Program-made: the position numbers and the translations under genes
Notes under the pieces: generated by a model
What the model was told of the DNA's origin: nothing
Seen by the model: only the letters and a program-made list of their open reading frames with translations
Database searches by the model: none
Virus record (IMG/VR): IMGVR_UViG_3300033146_004399
Coordinates: 115,367-179,366 of that record
Source: a virus
DNA: 64,000 bases
Reading direction: 5' to 3' (one strand)
In this document: in pieces, positions 18,945 to 29,086 of the stretch
Layout: each line of letters opens with the position of its first letter
Position numbering within the stretch: the first letter of the stretch is position 1

Positions 18945-21603
18945 TTAACCTATACTAATAGAAGGGATAAATGTTAATTTACCGCCTCTGTTATATGGAT
19001 CAACATCTGCAAGAGTCGCGATTGAGTATTCGCCAATAGTGCCTTGCATACCAGTTTTATCTACACCTGTATACGGATTTTGTTTTATTGCTCGACCATC
19101 TACTAATGCAGGTTCATACCCATCGTTTGTGAGTTTGTAGCCTTCGAGATTTTCTTCTGTATCCCATCCATGTGAAACACATTTAAGCCATACCTGAGAT
19201 GCCCCTAAAGATGAACCTACTGTAACTTCCATTATTGCGTATTTTGTATGTATATAATTGCTATCTGATTTTAATTTTACATATTCGGCAGTTCTCATTT
19301 AATTCTCCTTGCAAGTTCACCATGGCCTAACGTTTTTAACCCGTAAGCAAGCTTAGGGTCTAAACCTTCTTCAGATACAAACGCTTTCCATTGGTTTACT
19401 ACTTTATTTCTTGTTATTTTATCAAATCTATCAATGCTTTTTAAATCATTTAACTTCTCTACGTAGGTAGGATGTTGAAGCAAAAATTCTCTCGCTGCTG
19501 CAAGATTGTCACTTTGTTTCATCGCCCCAAAAGAGAAAAGTAGTAAGCTAGCAGCTAACAATAAACCGCCAGATTGTTGTCCTATTCCTTCTTCTAATGA
19601 TTGTTCAAATTTCATAATTACTTCCTATTATATATTTTTTTAGTTGCAGTATCAAAATAATATTTTTTACCATTATCATCTTGCATATTAATTTTTCCAG
19701 TTGCAGTCGCACCAAAAACGTCTACTGGATCTTTATTAGCTGAGAAAAGTTTACTCAGTCCTTGCTTTTTAATGGCAATAAGTATTTCATTAAATACTTT
19801 TTCCCATGCTCCACCTTTTAACTTATCACCTATAATATTATCGTTATCATCAAACACTAAATGGTCTGGAAATTTATTTCCTTGTATCTCAGCCTTAATT
19901 TCTGTTAATAATTTTTTAAATTTCATTTAAATATCTCCTCAATAGCATCATGTGACACTTCTAACAATCTATTATATATCTTATCAATAGCACCTTTAAA
20001 TATACCATATATTTCTTGTAAATCGTTTTCTGCGTCTGGTAAGAAAGTTCCTTTAACTTCCCACATATCAAATGTTATGTCGTCAACAGCAAACATTTTA
20101 TATACTTCTGGAAACTTATCCTGAGCATTCCAGCCAGCTTGTTGCATAAAATTATTTTGTAACATATCTCTTGGTATATCATTTTCTTCTAAATTTGGAT
20201 TTTCTTCTTGATCTCTATACTCTTCTAATGTGTCTTCTATAACTTGATTATATTGATCATCAAAAAATTGATTAAAATCATCAATCATTTCTAATATTTC
20301 ATCTGCTTTATTTTTTAATTTCTTTTGTACGCCATTTTTATTCGTTACAATTTCATAAGTAAATTTAGTATTATTAAAATTTTTATCGTCTTTAACGTCA
20401 TCGCTTATTGCTGAAAAAAGAGTTGCGTCTAGAGGTTTATCTCTTCTATGTCTAATAGCTTCGGGATAGAAAAATTGTTCGTATGCTTCACTAACTACGT
20501 CGTAAAAGAAATTATAAGATATCATTTACCATCCTTTAAGTATATTTGATAATAATTCTCTGTAAGCTTCTTCCTCAGTATCAAAGGTTATATCATCCAT
20601 GTACGGTTCTGAATATTCATAGCCTTCCTCATATTCAGGGCCTAAATATCCCTTCTCCTTCCATGAAAATATTTTATTTCCCAATTCAGTAAAATCTTTC
20701 ATATCGCCCCAATCATCCATTTTAAAACTATCATATTCAAATATAGCATAGTAATGTTTATTAGTACCACTCTTTACAGCTATAATTATATATCCATCCA
20801 CTATTTAGGTCCTTCAAATATTCTATTAAATACTACTAGCTTTGCAGCATTTACATTTAATATTATATCTTCTGTTTTAGCCAATATATCTTTTTGATGA
20901 AACCTCTTATACCATTTAAAATTATAGTTTGGGATGTTCCATCCGCTTATTGCTAAATCCCATGGTTCTCCAGATATCACTATGTTTTTCCTACAAATTA
21001 ATGTAATAGTTTTTAAGCCACCAACCATAACATGGAACGTTCTGTAACCAATTCCTGGAGCAAAACCTTTTACCCATTCCATTATTCAAAAATCCTGTCA
21101 AATACTGCTATTTTTGCCCTATTGTACTCGTTAATCATATCTAGTACTTCAGCAGCAAATTTATCTTTATCCCACAGCCCATAATACATAAAACCAAATT
21201 GTTTTTTACTAAGAGAAGACGAAATTATTAATTGCCATCCGTCTTCTTCTTTATAACAATTAGTACTTATTAATACGTCTTCACCATCCATAATTTTAAT
21301 TTGTCTTTGACCACTCTCTCCGTAAGTTTTCACTACTCTCATTTAAACATACTCTTAATTATAAGTTTTTTATTCTCCATTGCATAACCCCCACACCTGT
21401 TCTAAAACCTTTTTTTTACTATATCGACCATTATATTTAATATTACCAGCAGAATACCCATTAAAAAATATATCAACATCCCATGAAGTATTCCAAGTGC
21501 CTAAACTAGCAGGTTTCCAAGCTTCTACCGTTATAACAGTTTTATCACTAATAATATAATGATATCTTTTGTAGAAGGTTTCCTGATTTATCGCCTCCCA
21601 CAT
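18945..21603 (-). other. Run of eight small hypothetical genes (18945-19298, 19295-19615, 19618-19926, 19923-20525, 20526-20801, 20801-21082, 21082-21342, 21370-21603)
   Basis: Translationally coupled ORFs; MKF..L.E N-termini in two; related C-termini (KLVVFNRIFE, KIAVFDRIFE). Confidence 0.6.
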
Positions 21604-23348
21604 TACAATCTGTCCTTAAGTGTTATCTTCATCATCCTTAAACTATTTTTAGCCCTCACTTTCATATCACTTGCAATATTAGGATAGAGGGAGTCAAAAT
21701 TATCAATCATTTTATCAATTTCTTTTATAGCCTCTTTAGGAGGTAAAGTCTTAGCAATTTTTTTAACTGCATGTCTTGGTTCCCAATCTCTATCATGGAT
21801 GGCTGTAAAAACTTCTTTATCAATAATTTTAATCATTTCGCCGCTTTTACTCTTTAACACCACACCTTCATGACTATAACCTTCAGCTGGAGAATATTCT
21901 CCCTCTTTCACCTGTCTAACAAATTGAGAGAGTAACTTTTCTTTAATATTAAGTTTAAGCGATTTAGCGTCCTCTCTAACCTTCTTGATTAATTCTTTAT
22001 TTTTTCCGATAGCACGCATACTAATAATATCTATATTTCTTATACCATTATTTTCTTTATTAAGAAAGTCTTCAAGTTCTTTCAACTCTCCATTTATATC
22101 TATATTATATTTTGCTGGATCCACTCTTTGCGTTTTGCCAAACTTCCACTTCTGTTTAACTGCTTTAGGTGTTATTCCGTCTGTGTCAAGAACATAGTTT
22201 ACTGTATTTATTTCACCATTTATACCATTTAATTCTTCAGCTAATTCTGGATTATTTAGGATGACAATATAATTCATACCTGAGAAATCATATTTAATAC
22301 AGTTGGGTTTATCACCAAAGAGAATTTCTGCAAGAGAGACATCACCCGGTTTCATATGCTTCTTGATTACATCCAAATGTTTTGTAAAGAAGGTATGAGC
22401 GCTTACAGCAGGATTTATATATATATTTTTCCTCTCAAGCCATTCCTCTTCATTATATTTCTTTGCTTCAGGTTTGAGAGTTTTAAAATTTCTACCAAAA
22501 CCAGTATAAAATTCACCGTCGTCATTAAATCCAAAAGCTAAAGCCGCAGTGCCATCTAATTTAATAGAAGCTTCCGTTTCATATATTGATTTAACAAATT
22601 TTATAAAATCGCCAACTTTTAAATCTTCAATATGCGTCATTTCATTAAGCATTTTCTTAAAGAAAGTTTTACTCTCCTGAATTAATACTTTTCTAAGATT
22701 ATAAAACTCGTCATGTATGCCAGGAGGAGTAAGATTTCTGAATGATTCAATATCATCATTTCTTAAAGCGTCTCTAACACGTGTTGCAGATACATTATCT
22801 ATAGCTGACATATTTCTACTTATAAGTTCAACTGTAACACTTTCAACTTCAGGCACAAAAAATCCCTTTTTGAATGCATCATCTATTTGTGGCTGATATG
22901 TTTTCTCTCTATCTGAACCGCATAAAATTACAAAGTCTGTATTTCCAGATATATTTTGAATTTTATTTATAATTTGTTGAACATTAGCGTGGGTATGAGA
23001 TATTATATGTGTTCGATTTAATTTACCTTTGAAGGCTTTATATACTAATTTCTTTCTTGCCATACCAGAGAAGGGATTTCTTTCTTTTTCACCTTGCAAT
23101 TTTTTAGATGAATATGATTTTGGTATCCGTCCGTCTTTTCTTTTTAATTTCCAGTTTTCTACATCTTGTTCGATAGTTGTGATAGAACCAGAAGCTCTTA
23201 AACGTCTACCAACATTTCCTACAATTGATGGCTTAGAGTTGATAACAACTACATAAGTTTCATCATAATAGTCAATAGCATTTTGTATAATATTCGTATG
23301 AGCTTTAGTAATAGGTTGAAATCGTCCGATTATAATAGCAGTTTTCAT
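21603..23348 (-). CDS. Fusion of a HIGH-motif cytidylyltransferase-like domain and a ligase-like (KxDG) domain
   Basis: IIIGRFQPITKAH, CGSDR, SATRVR; then THIEDL, SIKLDG, EILFG, HEGVVL, IKIID. Confidence 0.75.
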   Translation of the reverse strand: MKTAIIIGRFQPITKAHTNIIQNAIDYYDETYVVVINSKPSIVGNVGRRLRASGSITTIEQDVENWKLKRKDGRIPKSYSSKKLQGEKERNPFSGMARKKLVYKAFKGKLNRTHIISHTHANVQQIINKIQNISGNTDFVILCGSDREKTYQPQIDDAFKKGFFVPEVESVTVELISRNMSAIDNVSATRVRDALRNDDIESFRNLTPPGIHDEFYNLRKVLIQESKTFFKKMLNEMTHIEDLKVGDFIKFVKSIYETEASIKLDGTAALAFGFNDDGEFYTGFGRNFKTLKPEAKKYNEEEWLERKNIYINPAVSAHTFFTKHLDVIKKHMKPGDVSLAEILFGDKPNCIKYDFSGMNYIVILNNPELAEELNGINGEINTVNYVLDTDGITPKAVKQKWKFGKTQRVDPAKYNIDINGELKELEDFLNKENNGIRNIDIISMRAIGKNKELIKKVREDAKSLKLNIKEKLLSQFVRQVKEGEYSPAEGYSHEGVVLKSKSGEMIKIIDKEVFTAIHDRDWEPRHAVKKIAKTLPPKEAIKEIDKMIDNFDSLYPNIASDMKVRAKNSLRMMKITLKDRL

Positions 23349-23403
23349 AATATTATCTTTATTTATAAATATAAAACATGCTATAAAAGCATATTTTTAT
23401 TAT

Positions 23404-23715
23404 ATGAATAAAGAACGTAAAAATATTAAAAAAATTAAAACTATGATAAAGAAGAATAAAGCTGGTTTAGATAGAATAATTGTTTCTGAAGAATTTATGT
23501 ATCAATTACAAGAAAATGCCGACCTGGTAGATTTAGAGGAAAAAAGTTTTACTAAAAATGGTGAATACGTCAGAAATGACGTTACGAATAAAACTGAAGA
23601 TAATATTGATATAACTTTCCTATTTGGTGTTCCTTGTTATTTAAGTAATACTATTCTTCACGGAGCTATATTTGAAATGGCTTCTGGAGAATTTTTCGTA
23701 CTCAAAAATATCTAA
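23404..23715 (+). CDS. Hypothetical protein
   Basis: Divergent from 23348 and preceded by the AGCATATTT motif. Confidence 0.55.
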   Translation: MNKERKNIKKIKTMIKKNKAGLDRIIVSEEFMYQLQENADLVDLEEKSFTKNGEYVRNDVTNKTEDNIDITFLFGVPCYLSNTILHGAIFEMASGEFFVLKNI

Positions 23716-23778
23716 AAATACATCCTTACTAAAACACAAATATTTATTCTCCTTTATAAGATAATTATATGCCCAGTG

Positions 23779-23828
23779 AAATTGAACTAAAATAGTTCAA
23801 TTTAAACAATTTGAACCCAAAAGGTTCA
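23779..23828. promoter_or_regulatory. Tandem palindromes TGAAC-N7-GTTCA
   Basis: AAATTGAACT-aaaat-AGTTCAATTT 23779-23803 and TGAACC-caaaa-GGTTCA 23812-23828. Confidence 0.45.
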
Positions 23829-24024
23829 GGGGGGATTAATGTCACCAAAAAAGAAAAAGAAACATTATGAGAAGGAGAAACATTCAAATTACATGCCTCA
23901 TCAAATTCATCAAAATGACAGAAGGGGGAAAAGAAAATTTATGATAAAAAATGTAGATGTTACTAATTACGATGCGGTGATTGACTGGGAAGCCGAAAAC
24001 TGGCAAGAAATATATATATAAAAT

Positions 24025-24057
24025 AAAAAGACTGGAATTAATTCTAGTCTTTTTTTA
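24025..24057 (+). terminator. Intrinsic terminator
   Basis: AAAAAGACTGGAAT-TA-ATTCTAGTCTTTTTT after ORF 23839..24021. Confidence 0.7.
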
Positions 24058-24103
24058 TCTTTAACCGTAAGATAATCTTATTATATAAGTCGGGAATATT
24101 AAT

Positions 24104-24325
24104 ATGAATGATATTGAATTTGAAAATTATTGTGATCATTATGAGTTTACTAAACTTGAATTGAGAGAATACTTAGATCTCCAAGTTAAACTAATGAATA
24201 TATCTCTTATACATTGTAGAAATAAGGGTGACAAAAGAGATAAAAATATTATTTTCACAGAATGGATTAATATCCATTCACAACAATTCAGATATATGTG
24301 GGTTGCGCTTAGGCAATCCATATGA
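24104..24325 (+). CDS. Hypothetical protein
   Basis: 73-aa ORF with an EWI..H...FR..W motif. Confidence 0.55.
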   Translation: MNDIEFENYCDHYEFTKLELREYLDLQVKLMNISLIHCRNKGDKRDKNIIFTEWINIHSQQFRYMWVALRQSI

Positions 24326-24546
24326 TTAAATATATAGGATTTGTAATTAAGCCAGATGTAATAGAGGATGTATTTATAATATCTTTTGATACGGATGATA
24401 CTAGAAAAAGAAGGAAAGCATACACACTTAGATCTATTGATATTCTCAATTCATAGATGTATTATTCATATAATTCTAATACACAGAGATATATTGACAA
24501 TGATTTCATCATGGAAGTTTATGATCATGAAATATTCGATAATTAA
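24322..24546 (+). pseudogene. Small ORF interrupted by an in-frame TAG
   Basis: ATG 24322 to TAA at the RBS of the next gene; single internal TAG at 24454-24456. Confidence 0.5.
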
Positions 24547-24557
24547 GGAGTTAATAA

Positions 24558-25136
24558 ATGGCATATCGTTATAAACGTATAAAGATTAAATGGAATCAGA
24601 AAGACAAAAAATTCCATAAAATTAAAAGAAATAGAGTTAAGTCAAGAAAGGCACATATAAATTTTATTAGAAATAGAGGTAAGATGAGGTTAGCTTTACG
24701 AAAAGCTCGTATTAAGGGTAAGGTAACTATGCGTAAAAATAAAGGTAAAGGTATATTTAGAAAGTTAAAGATTGCTAGAAGAAGGTGGAAAAATATACTA
24801 AAATCAGATATAAATCTTGATTCCTTTTTAGACGGAATGATGTTAACAGAAGAACAAATATATGAAAAAGCAGATGCTCCAGTATTAGAGATAGGTGTTG
24901 CTGATATTGAATCTATGTATCTTGCACTAAAGAATATAAGAGATGATGTTGAATTCAAAGGGAAAGATGATAAAAAAGCATTTCAAGAATGGATTGATAG
25001 CTCTTTAGAAATATTACATATATTGAAAGGAGAAGACGATGAAATATCAGAAATAGATGAAGATTTTATAGAAGAAGTTTTATCTTTTATAGAACAATAC
25101 GCCGAAAAGGCTGGATTGATGGATGAAGAAGAATAA
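24558..25136 (+). CDS. Protein with basic N-terminus and acidic C-terminus (possibly head/core associated)
   Basis: Arg/Lys-rich first ~80 aa, LTEE site, acidic tail. Confidence 0.55.
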   Translation: MAYRYKRIKIKWNQKDKKFHKIKRNRVKSRKAHINFIRNRGKMRLALRKARIKGKVTMRKNKGKGIFRKLKIARRRWKNILKSDINLDSFLDGMMLTEEQIYEKADAPVLEIGVADIESMYLALKNIRDDVEFKGKDDKKAFQEWIDSSLEILHILKGEDDEISEIDEDFIEEVLSFIEQYAEKAGLMDEEE

Positions 25137-26931
25137 TTTATTAGGTTATGTTTTACTATTTTTAGGTGTTCTTGTATTTGTTTTTATTGCAATGCTATTT
25201 TATTCACATTCATACAACGCAACATTATTTCGTAAAGATATATTTTTTAGAATAAAAACATTACCTGGCATAACATCTTTTATTGTACAAACTATAGTAT
25301 TAACATCATTATTGCATACTATATATTATATATTTCAACGACAGAAAAAACAAAATTACACAATATTAAATAATATAGCTCAACCAATTATTATTTGTAA
25401 TTTATCTGGGAGTATTAAATATGCAAATAAATTTGCTCAATCCTTTTTTGGCTATATTAAAGATGAAATATATAGTCAAAATATATTTAATTTTATAGCT
25501 GAATACGATAAGCAGCGTGCTTACTTAAATGTTAAAGAAGTGAAAGACAACAAAATTGCAACAGTAAATAGTTATAATGTATTAACTGCAGATGGGGATT
25601 GGGTGGAGTGTACAGTTCATACCTCATTTCATTACGGGAAATTATTATCAACGTTTATAAACCAATCTGATACGAAAACTATAGAAAAAAAACAAAAAGA
25701 ACAAACAGAATTTTTATGGTCTTTATTAAATGATATACCAGTTCCCTTATCGTATTTAGATAATAATAATATTTTTAAATTTGTTAATAAATCATATTGT
25801 AAATTAATGGAGCAGAACGAACAAAATTTTTTGGGGAATAATTTATTTGATGTGTTCAAAGATATTGCGATAAACGAAGCAAATCTTGAATATATTAAAG
25901 AAAGCCAAGAAAGCTCGGAATACGAAGAAATTAGATTAATTGGTAATCGTAAAAAAATATTAAAACTTGTTGTTACACCTAAGATTGAAAATAATATAAC
26001 AGTTGGTACTTTTACAGCAATAATAGATAAAACCAAAGAACGAAAGTTAGAAATATTAAATAAAAAAGAAATAAGATTGAATATCATCTTTGCTAAAATA
26101 TTAACAATTTTAGTTTCATCACCAATAAACATACGTGATACTTCTATAGATAAATCATTAGATTTAGTTCGAAAGGCACTTAACATCGATAAATGTTACG
26201 TTATACAATTAGATGATTCTGCTGTTGTAGCATATGAAGCTTCAGGCGTAGGGCTTAAAGAATGTAAAGGTTATATGGTACATTTAAGTAATCAACAACA
26301 AAATTTTACAGAGGTAAAACAATTAATTATACCAAATCTTTCAGTTTCTCAGTTTAAAAATTTAAAATATTATAAAACTAATGAAGCTCGATCTGTAGCT
26401 GAAATATTAATACCTAAAGATAATATGTTTGGAAGTGATATCATTATAGGTGCAATGACTTCGTTTAAACATAAAAATTGGCAAAAAAATGAAATTAATT
26501 TTATTCAATCTGTTGGTAAAATAATTTCAACTAGTATCGAAAGAAAACAATATATACAAGAATTAAAATATAGCGAAGATACCCTAAATATTTTAGTTGA
26601 TAATTCAAACATAGGGTTTTTTATACATACACTTGAAGACGAAATAGTATTTATAAATAATAAAACGAAAGAACTTTTTGGTTATAAATTAGAAGAAATA
26701 GAAAGTATTCTTTTTATACAAGATAATATAGTTTTGCCCGAGTATCATGAAACAATTAAAAATATGATGAAATTAGCAGAATTAAAAGGTCAAGCTTCTG
26801 GATTTATAAAAATAAAAAATAAAAATGGTAAAATATTTTCCGTAGAAATACATATAAAATCTATAGATTATGAGACTTCTAAAGCATATTTATATACAAT
26901 GATAGATGTGAGTAAATATATAGGAGATTGA
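25123..26931 (+). CDS. Membrane-anchored PAS-PAS-GAF-PAS sensor protein with no output domain
   Basis: Two TM segments; PAS (ILNNIAQPIIICNLSGSIKYAN..FFGY; LLNDIPVPLSYLD...FVN; LVDNSNIGFFIH...FIN...LFGY); GAF (SLDLVRKALNIDKCYV...W...E..F...V...I). Confidence 0.75.
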   Translation: MKKNNLLGYVLLFLGVLVFVFIAMLFYSHSYNATLFRKDIFFRIKTLPGITSFIVQTIVLTSLLHTIYYIFQRQKKQNYTILNNIAQPIIICNLSGSIKYANKFAQSFFGYIKDEIYSQNIFNFIAEYDKQRAYLNVKEVKDNKIATVNSYNVLTADGDWVECTVHTSFHYGKLLSTFINQSDTKTIEKKQKEQTEFLWSLLNDIPVPLSYLDNNNIFKFVNKSYCKLMEQNEQNFLGNNLFDVFKDIAINEANLEYIKESQESSEYEEIRLIGNRKKILKLVVTPKIENNITVGTFTAIIDKTKERKLEILNKKEIRLNIIFAKILTILVSSPINIRDTSIDKSLDLVRKALNIDKCYVIQLDDSAVVAYEASGVGLKECKGYMVHLSNQQQNFTEVKQLIIPNLSVSQFKNLKYYKTNEARSVAEILIPKDNMFGSDIIIGAMTSFKHKNWQKNEINFIQSVGKIISTSIERKQYIQELKYSEDTLNILVDNSNIGFFIHTLEDEIVFINNKTKELFGYKLEEIESILFIQDNIVLPEYHETIKNMMKLAELKGQASGFIKIKNKNGKIFSVEIHIKSIDYETSKAYLYTMIDVSKYIGD

Positions 26932-26935
26932 TATA

Positions 26936-27253
26936 ATGCCATTTTATGATTATTATTGCAAAAATTGTGGTGCAGAAAAAGAAGAATTTCATACTATGTC
27001 TGAAGAACCTTTAATGATTTGTAATAAGTGTGGAAAACAAATGTCTAAAAAAATATCTATGGGTCATGGCGGATTTAAAATGATATCAGATGGAACTAGA
27101 CGAAGAGATTATGGTACCAGATACGGTGGTAAAAAGAAAAAATCAGATCATGTCCCCAATGTTCAAGAATCAGCCGATTTAAAAGCCAAACAACAGATGA
27201 AAGAGAGAAAAGCTAAAGTAAAAGATCCAGATAACCCATACGCTGGATTTTAA
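26936..27253 (+). CDS. FmdB-family zinc-ribbon protein
   Basis: MPFYDYYCKNCG...CNKCG...KKIS. Confidence 0.8.
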   Translation: MPFYDYYCKNCGAEKEEFHTMSEEPLMICNKCGKQMSKKISMGHGGFKMISDGTRRRDYGTRYGGKKKKSDHVPNVQESADLKAKQQMKERKAKVKDPDNPYAGF

Positions 27254-27255
27254 TA

Positions 27256-28839
27256 TTGACTCGTTCAGATTTAATAAAGTACGCAAATAAAAATTTATTT
27301 GTAAATGGGAAGTTTAAAGGTATACGTAAAAATAGTATTCATTTTAATTTATTAAATGATTGTTTACCTAATAAAGAATATGATATATTAGAAAGATTTT
27401 ATTTATTTTATAATAATATAGAAACACCACCTCGTTGTATATGCGGCAAAAAATTAAAAATATTTCGTTGGTCAAATGGATATAATAAGTTTTGTAGTCC
27501 AAATTGTGGAGGCGTTGAATCAATTAAAACAATAAAAGTTAAATATAATGTGGATAATGTGTTTAAATTAGAATCTGTTAAAAGTAAATCTAAAAAAACT
27601 AAAAGTGAAAAATACGGTGATGAAAATTATAATAATAACAGTAAAGCTATAGAAACAAATATAATTAGGTACGGAGTTTCTAATACTTTTCAACTTACAA
27701 ATCGTATCACTGGAACAAATATAAAAAAATACGGTGTTAAACATAATTCATATAATAAAGATACTATTGAAAAAAGAAAATTAACTAGACTTAAAACTTT
27801 CTTTAATAATATCATAAAAAGAAATGATGATATTATTCCTTTATTTAACATAGATAGTTATCACGGGATTGATAGAAAAAATAAATATTCTTGGAAATGT
27901 ACAAAATGTGGCAATATATTTAGCGATCATTTAGATGATGGACATATACCAAGATGTTTAGTATGCAACCCAAAACTTGTTGGTATATCTAGTTATGAAC
28001 AAGAATTAAAAAATTTTTTAAATTTATATAATATAAAATTTGAAAGTAATTCTAGAGAATTAATTAAACCTTTAGAACTTGATATTTATATTCCTTCTCA
28101 CAATTTAGCTATTGAATTTGATGGCCTTTATTGGCATTCAGATGAATTTGTGGATAAATATTATCATTTAGATAAAACGCTAGAATGTGAAATGAAAAGT
28201 ATACAATTAATACATATATTTGAAGATGAATGGGTTAACAAAAGAAAAATAGTAGAAGCACGCCTAAAAAATCTATTAGGTTTAAATTCTAGAAGGATAG
28301 GAGCTAGACAAACCACTATAAAAGAAATAGATGCTAAAACTAAAAATACCTTCCTTAATACTTTTCATATACAAGGTGAAGATAAAAGTAGTATTAAATT
28401 AGGTGCTTATTACAATGATGAATTAATTGGTGTTATGACTTTCGGTAAATTAAGAAGATTTATGAACAAAATACATGTTGATGGAAGTTGGGAATTAATA
28501 AGATTTGTTACAATATCTGATACATGGACGCCAGGATTAGCTTCTAAGATGCTTATTTACTTTGAAAAAGAATGGAAACCAAAATTAATAGAATCATTTG
28601 CAGATAGAAGATGGAGTCAAGGTAATTTATATTATAAATTGGGGTTTAAATTTGATAAGCAAACAATACCTAATTATTATTATTCTAAAAATTTAAAACG
28701 TTATCATAGATACAAATTTAGGAAGAGTGAATTAAAGAATTTCGATAATTATTCAATAGATAAAACGGAGTTTCAAATAATGGATGAAGCAGGATGGCTA
28801 AGAATATATGATTGTGGTAACTACAAATTTGTTAAATAA
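27256..28839 (+). CDS. Hef-like homing endonuclease
   Basis: CPxC-type zinc sites, ELDIYIP..NLAIEFDGLYWHS, then ARQT..KEI, VMTFG, WELIRF, SFADRRWS, IYDCG. Confidence 0.8.
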   Translation: MTRSDLIKYANKNLFVNGKFKGIRKNSIHFNLLNDCLPNKEYDILERFYLFYNNIETPPRCICGKKLKIFRWSNGYNKFCSPNCGGVESIKTIKVKYNVDNVFKLESVKSKSKKTKSEKYGDENYNNNSKAIETNIIRYGVSNTFQLTNRITGTNIKKYGVKHNSYNKDTIEKRKLTRLKTFFNNIIKRNDDIIPLFNIDSYHGIDRKNKYSWKCTKCGNIFSDHLDDGHIPRCLVCNPKLVGISSYEQELKNFLNLYNIKFESNSRELIKPLELDIYIPSHNLAIEFDGLYWHSDEFVDKYYHLDKTLECEMKSIQLIHIFEDEWVNKRKIVEARLKNLLGLNSRRIGARQTTIKEIDAKTKNTFLNTFHIQGEDKSSIKLGAYYNDELIGVMTFGKLRRFMNKIHVDGSWELIRFVTISDTWTPGLASKMLIYFEKEWKPKLIESFADRRWSQGNLYYKLGFKFDKQTIPNYYYSKNLKRYHRYKFRKSELKNFDNYSIDKTEFQIMDEAGWLRIYDCGNYKFVK

Positions 28840-28873
28840 AAAGCATATTTAATATTAAAAATAGGAGAATATA

Positions 28874-29056
28874 TTGATTAACACTCTAAAACAAATATAT
28901 CCAGATAAAAAGTTTGCATTAAATAGTTTTCTTACTATACAAGAAAATACAAAAACTACTACTATTAAGTGGAATGATAGTATATATGATTTGGAAAAAT
29001 ATCATAATATAAATGTTGAAAATAAACTTTTAGAACTAATAAAAGAAAATTTATAA
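28874..29056 (+). CDS. Small protein ending in a capsid-like segment
   Basis: KWNDSIYDLEKYHNINVENKLLELI resembles capsid MWSQESEQDLKAYHGLSADAELTALV. Confidence 0.45.
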   Translation: MINTLKQIYPDKKFALNSFLTIQENTKTTTIKWNDSIYDLEKYHNINVENKLLELIKENL

Positions 29057-29086
29057 TACAAACACATTTAAAAAAAGGAGAAACAA

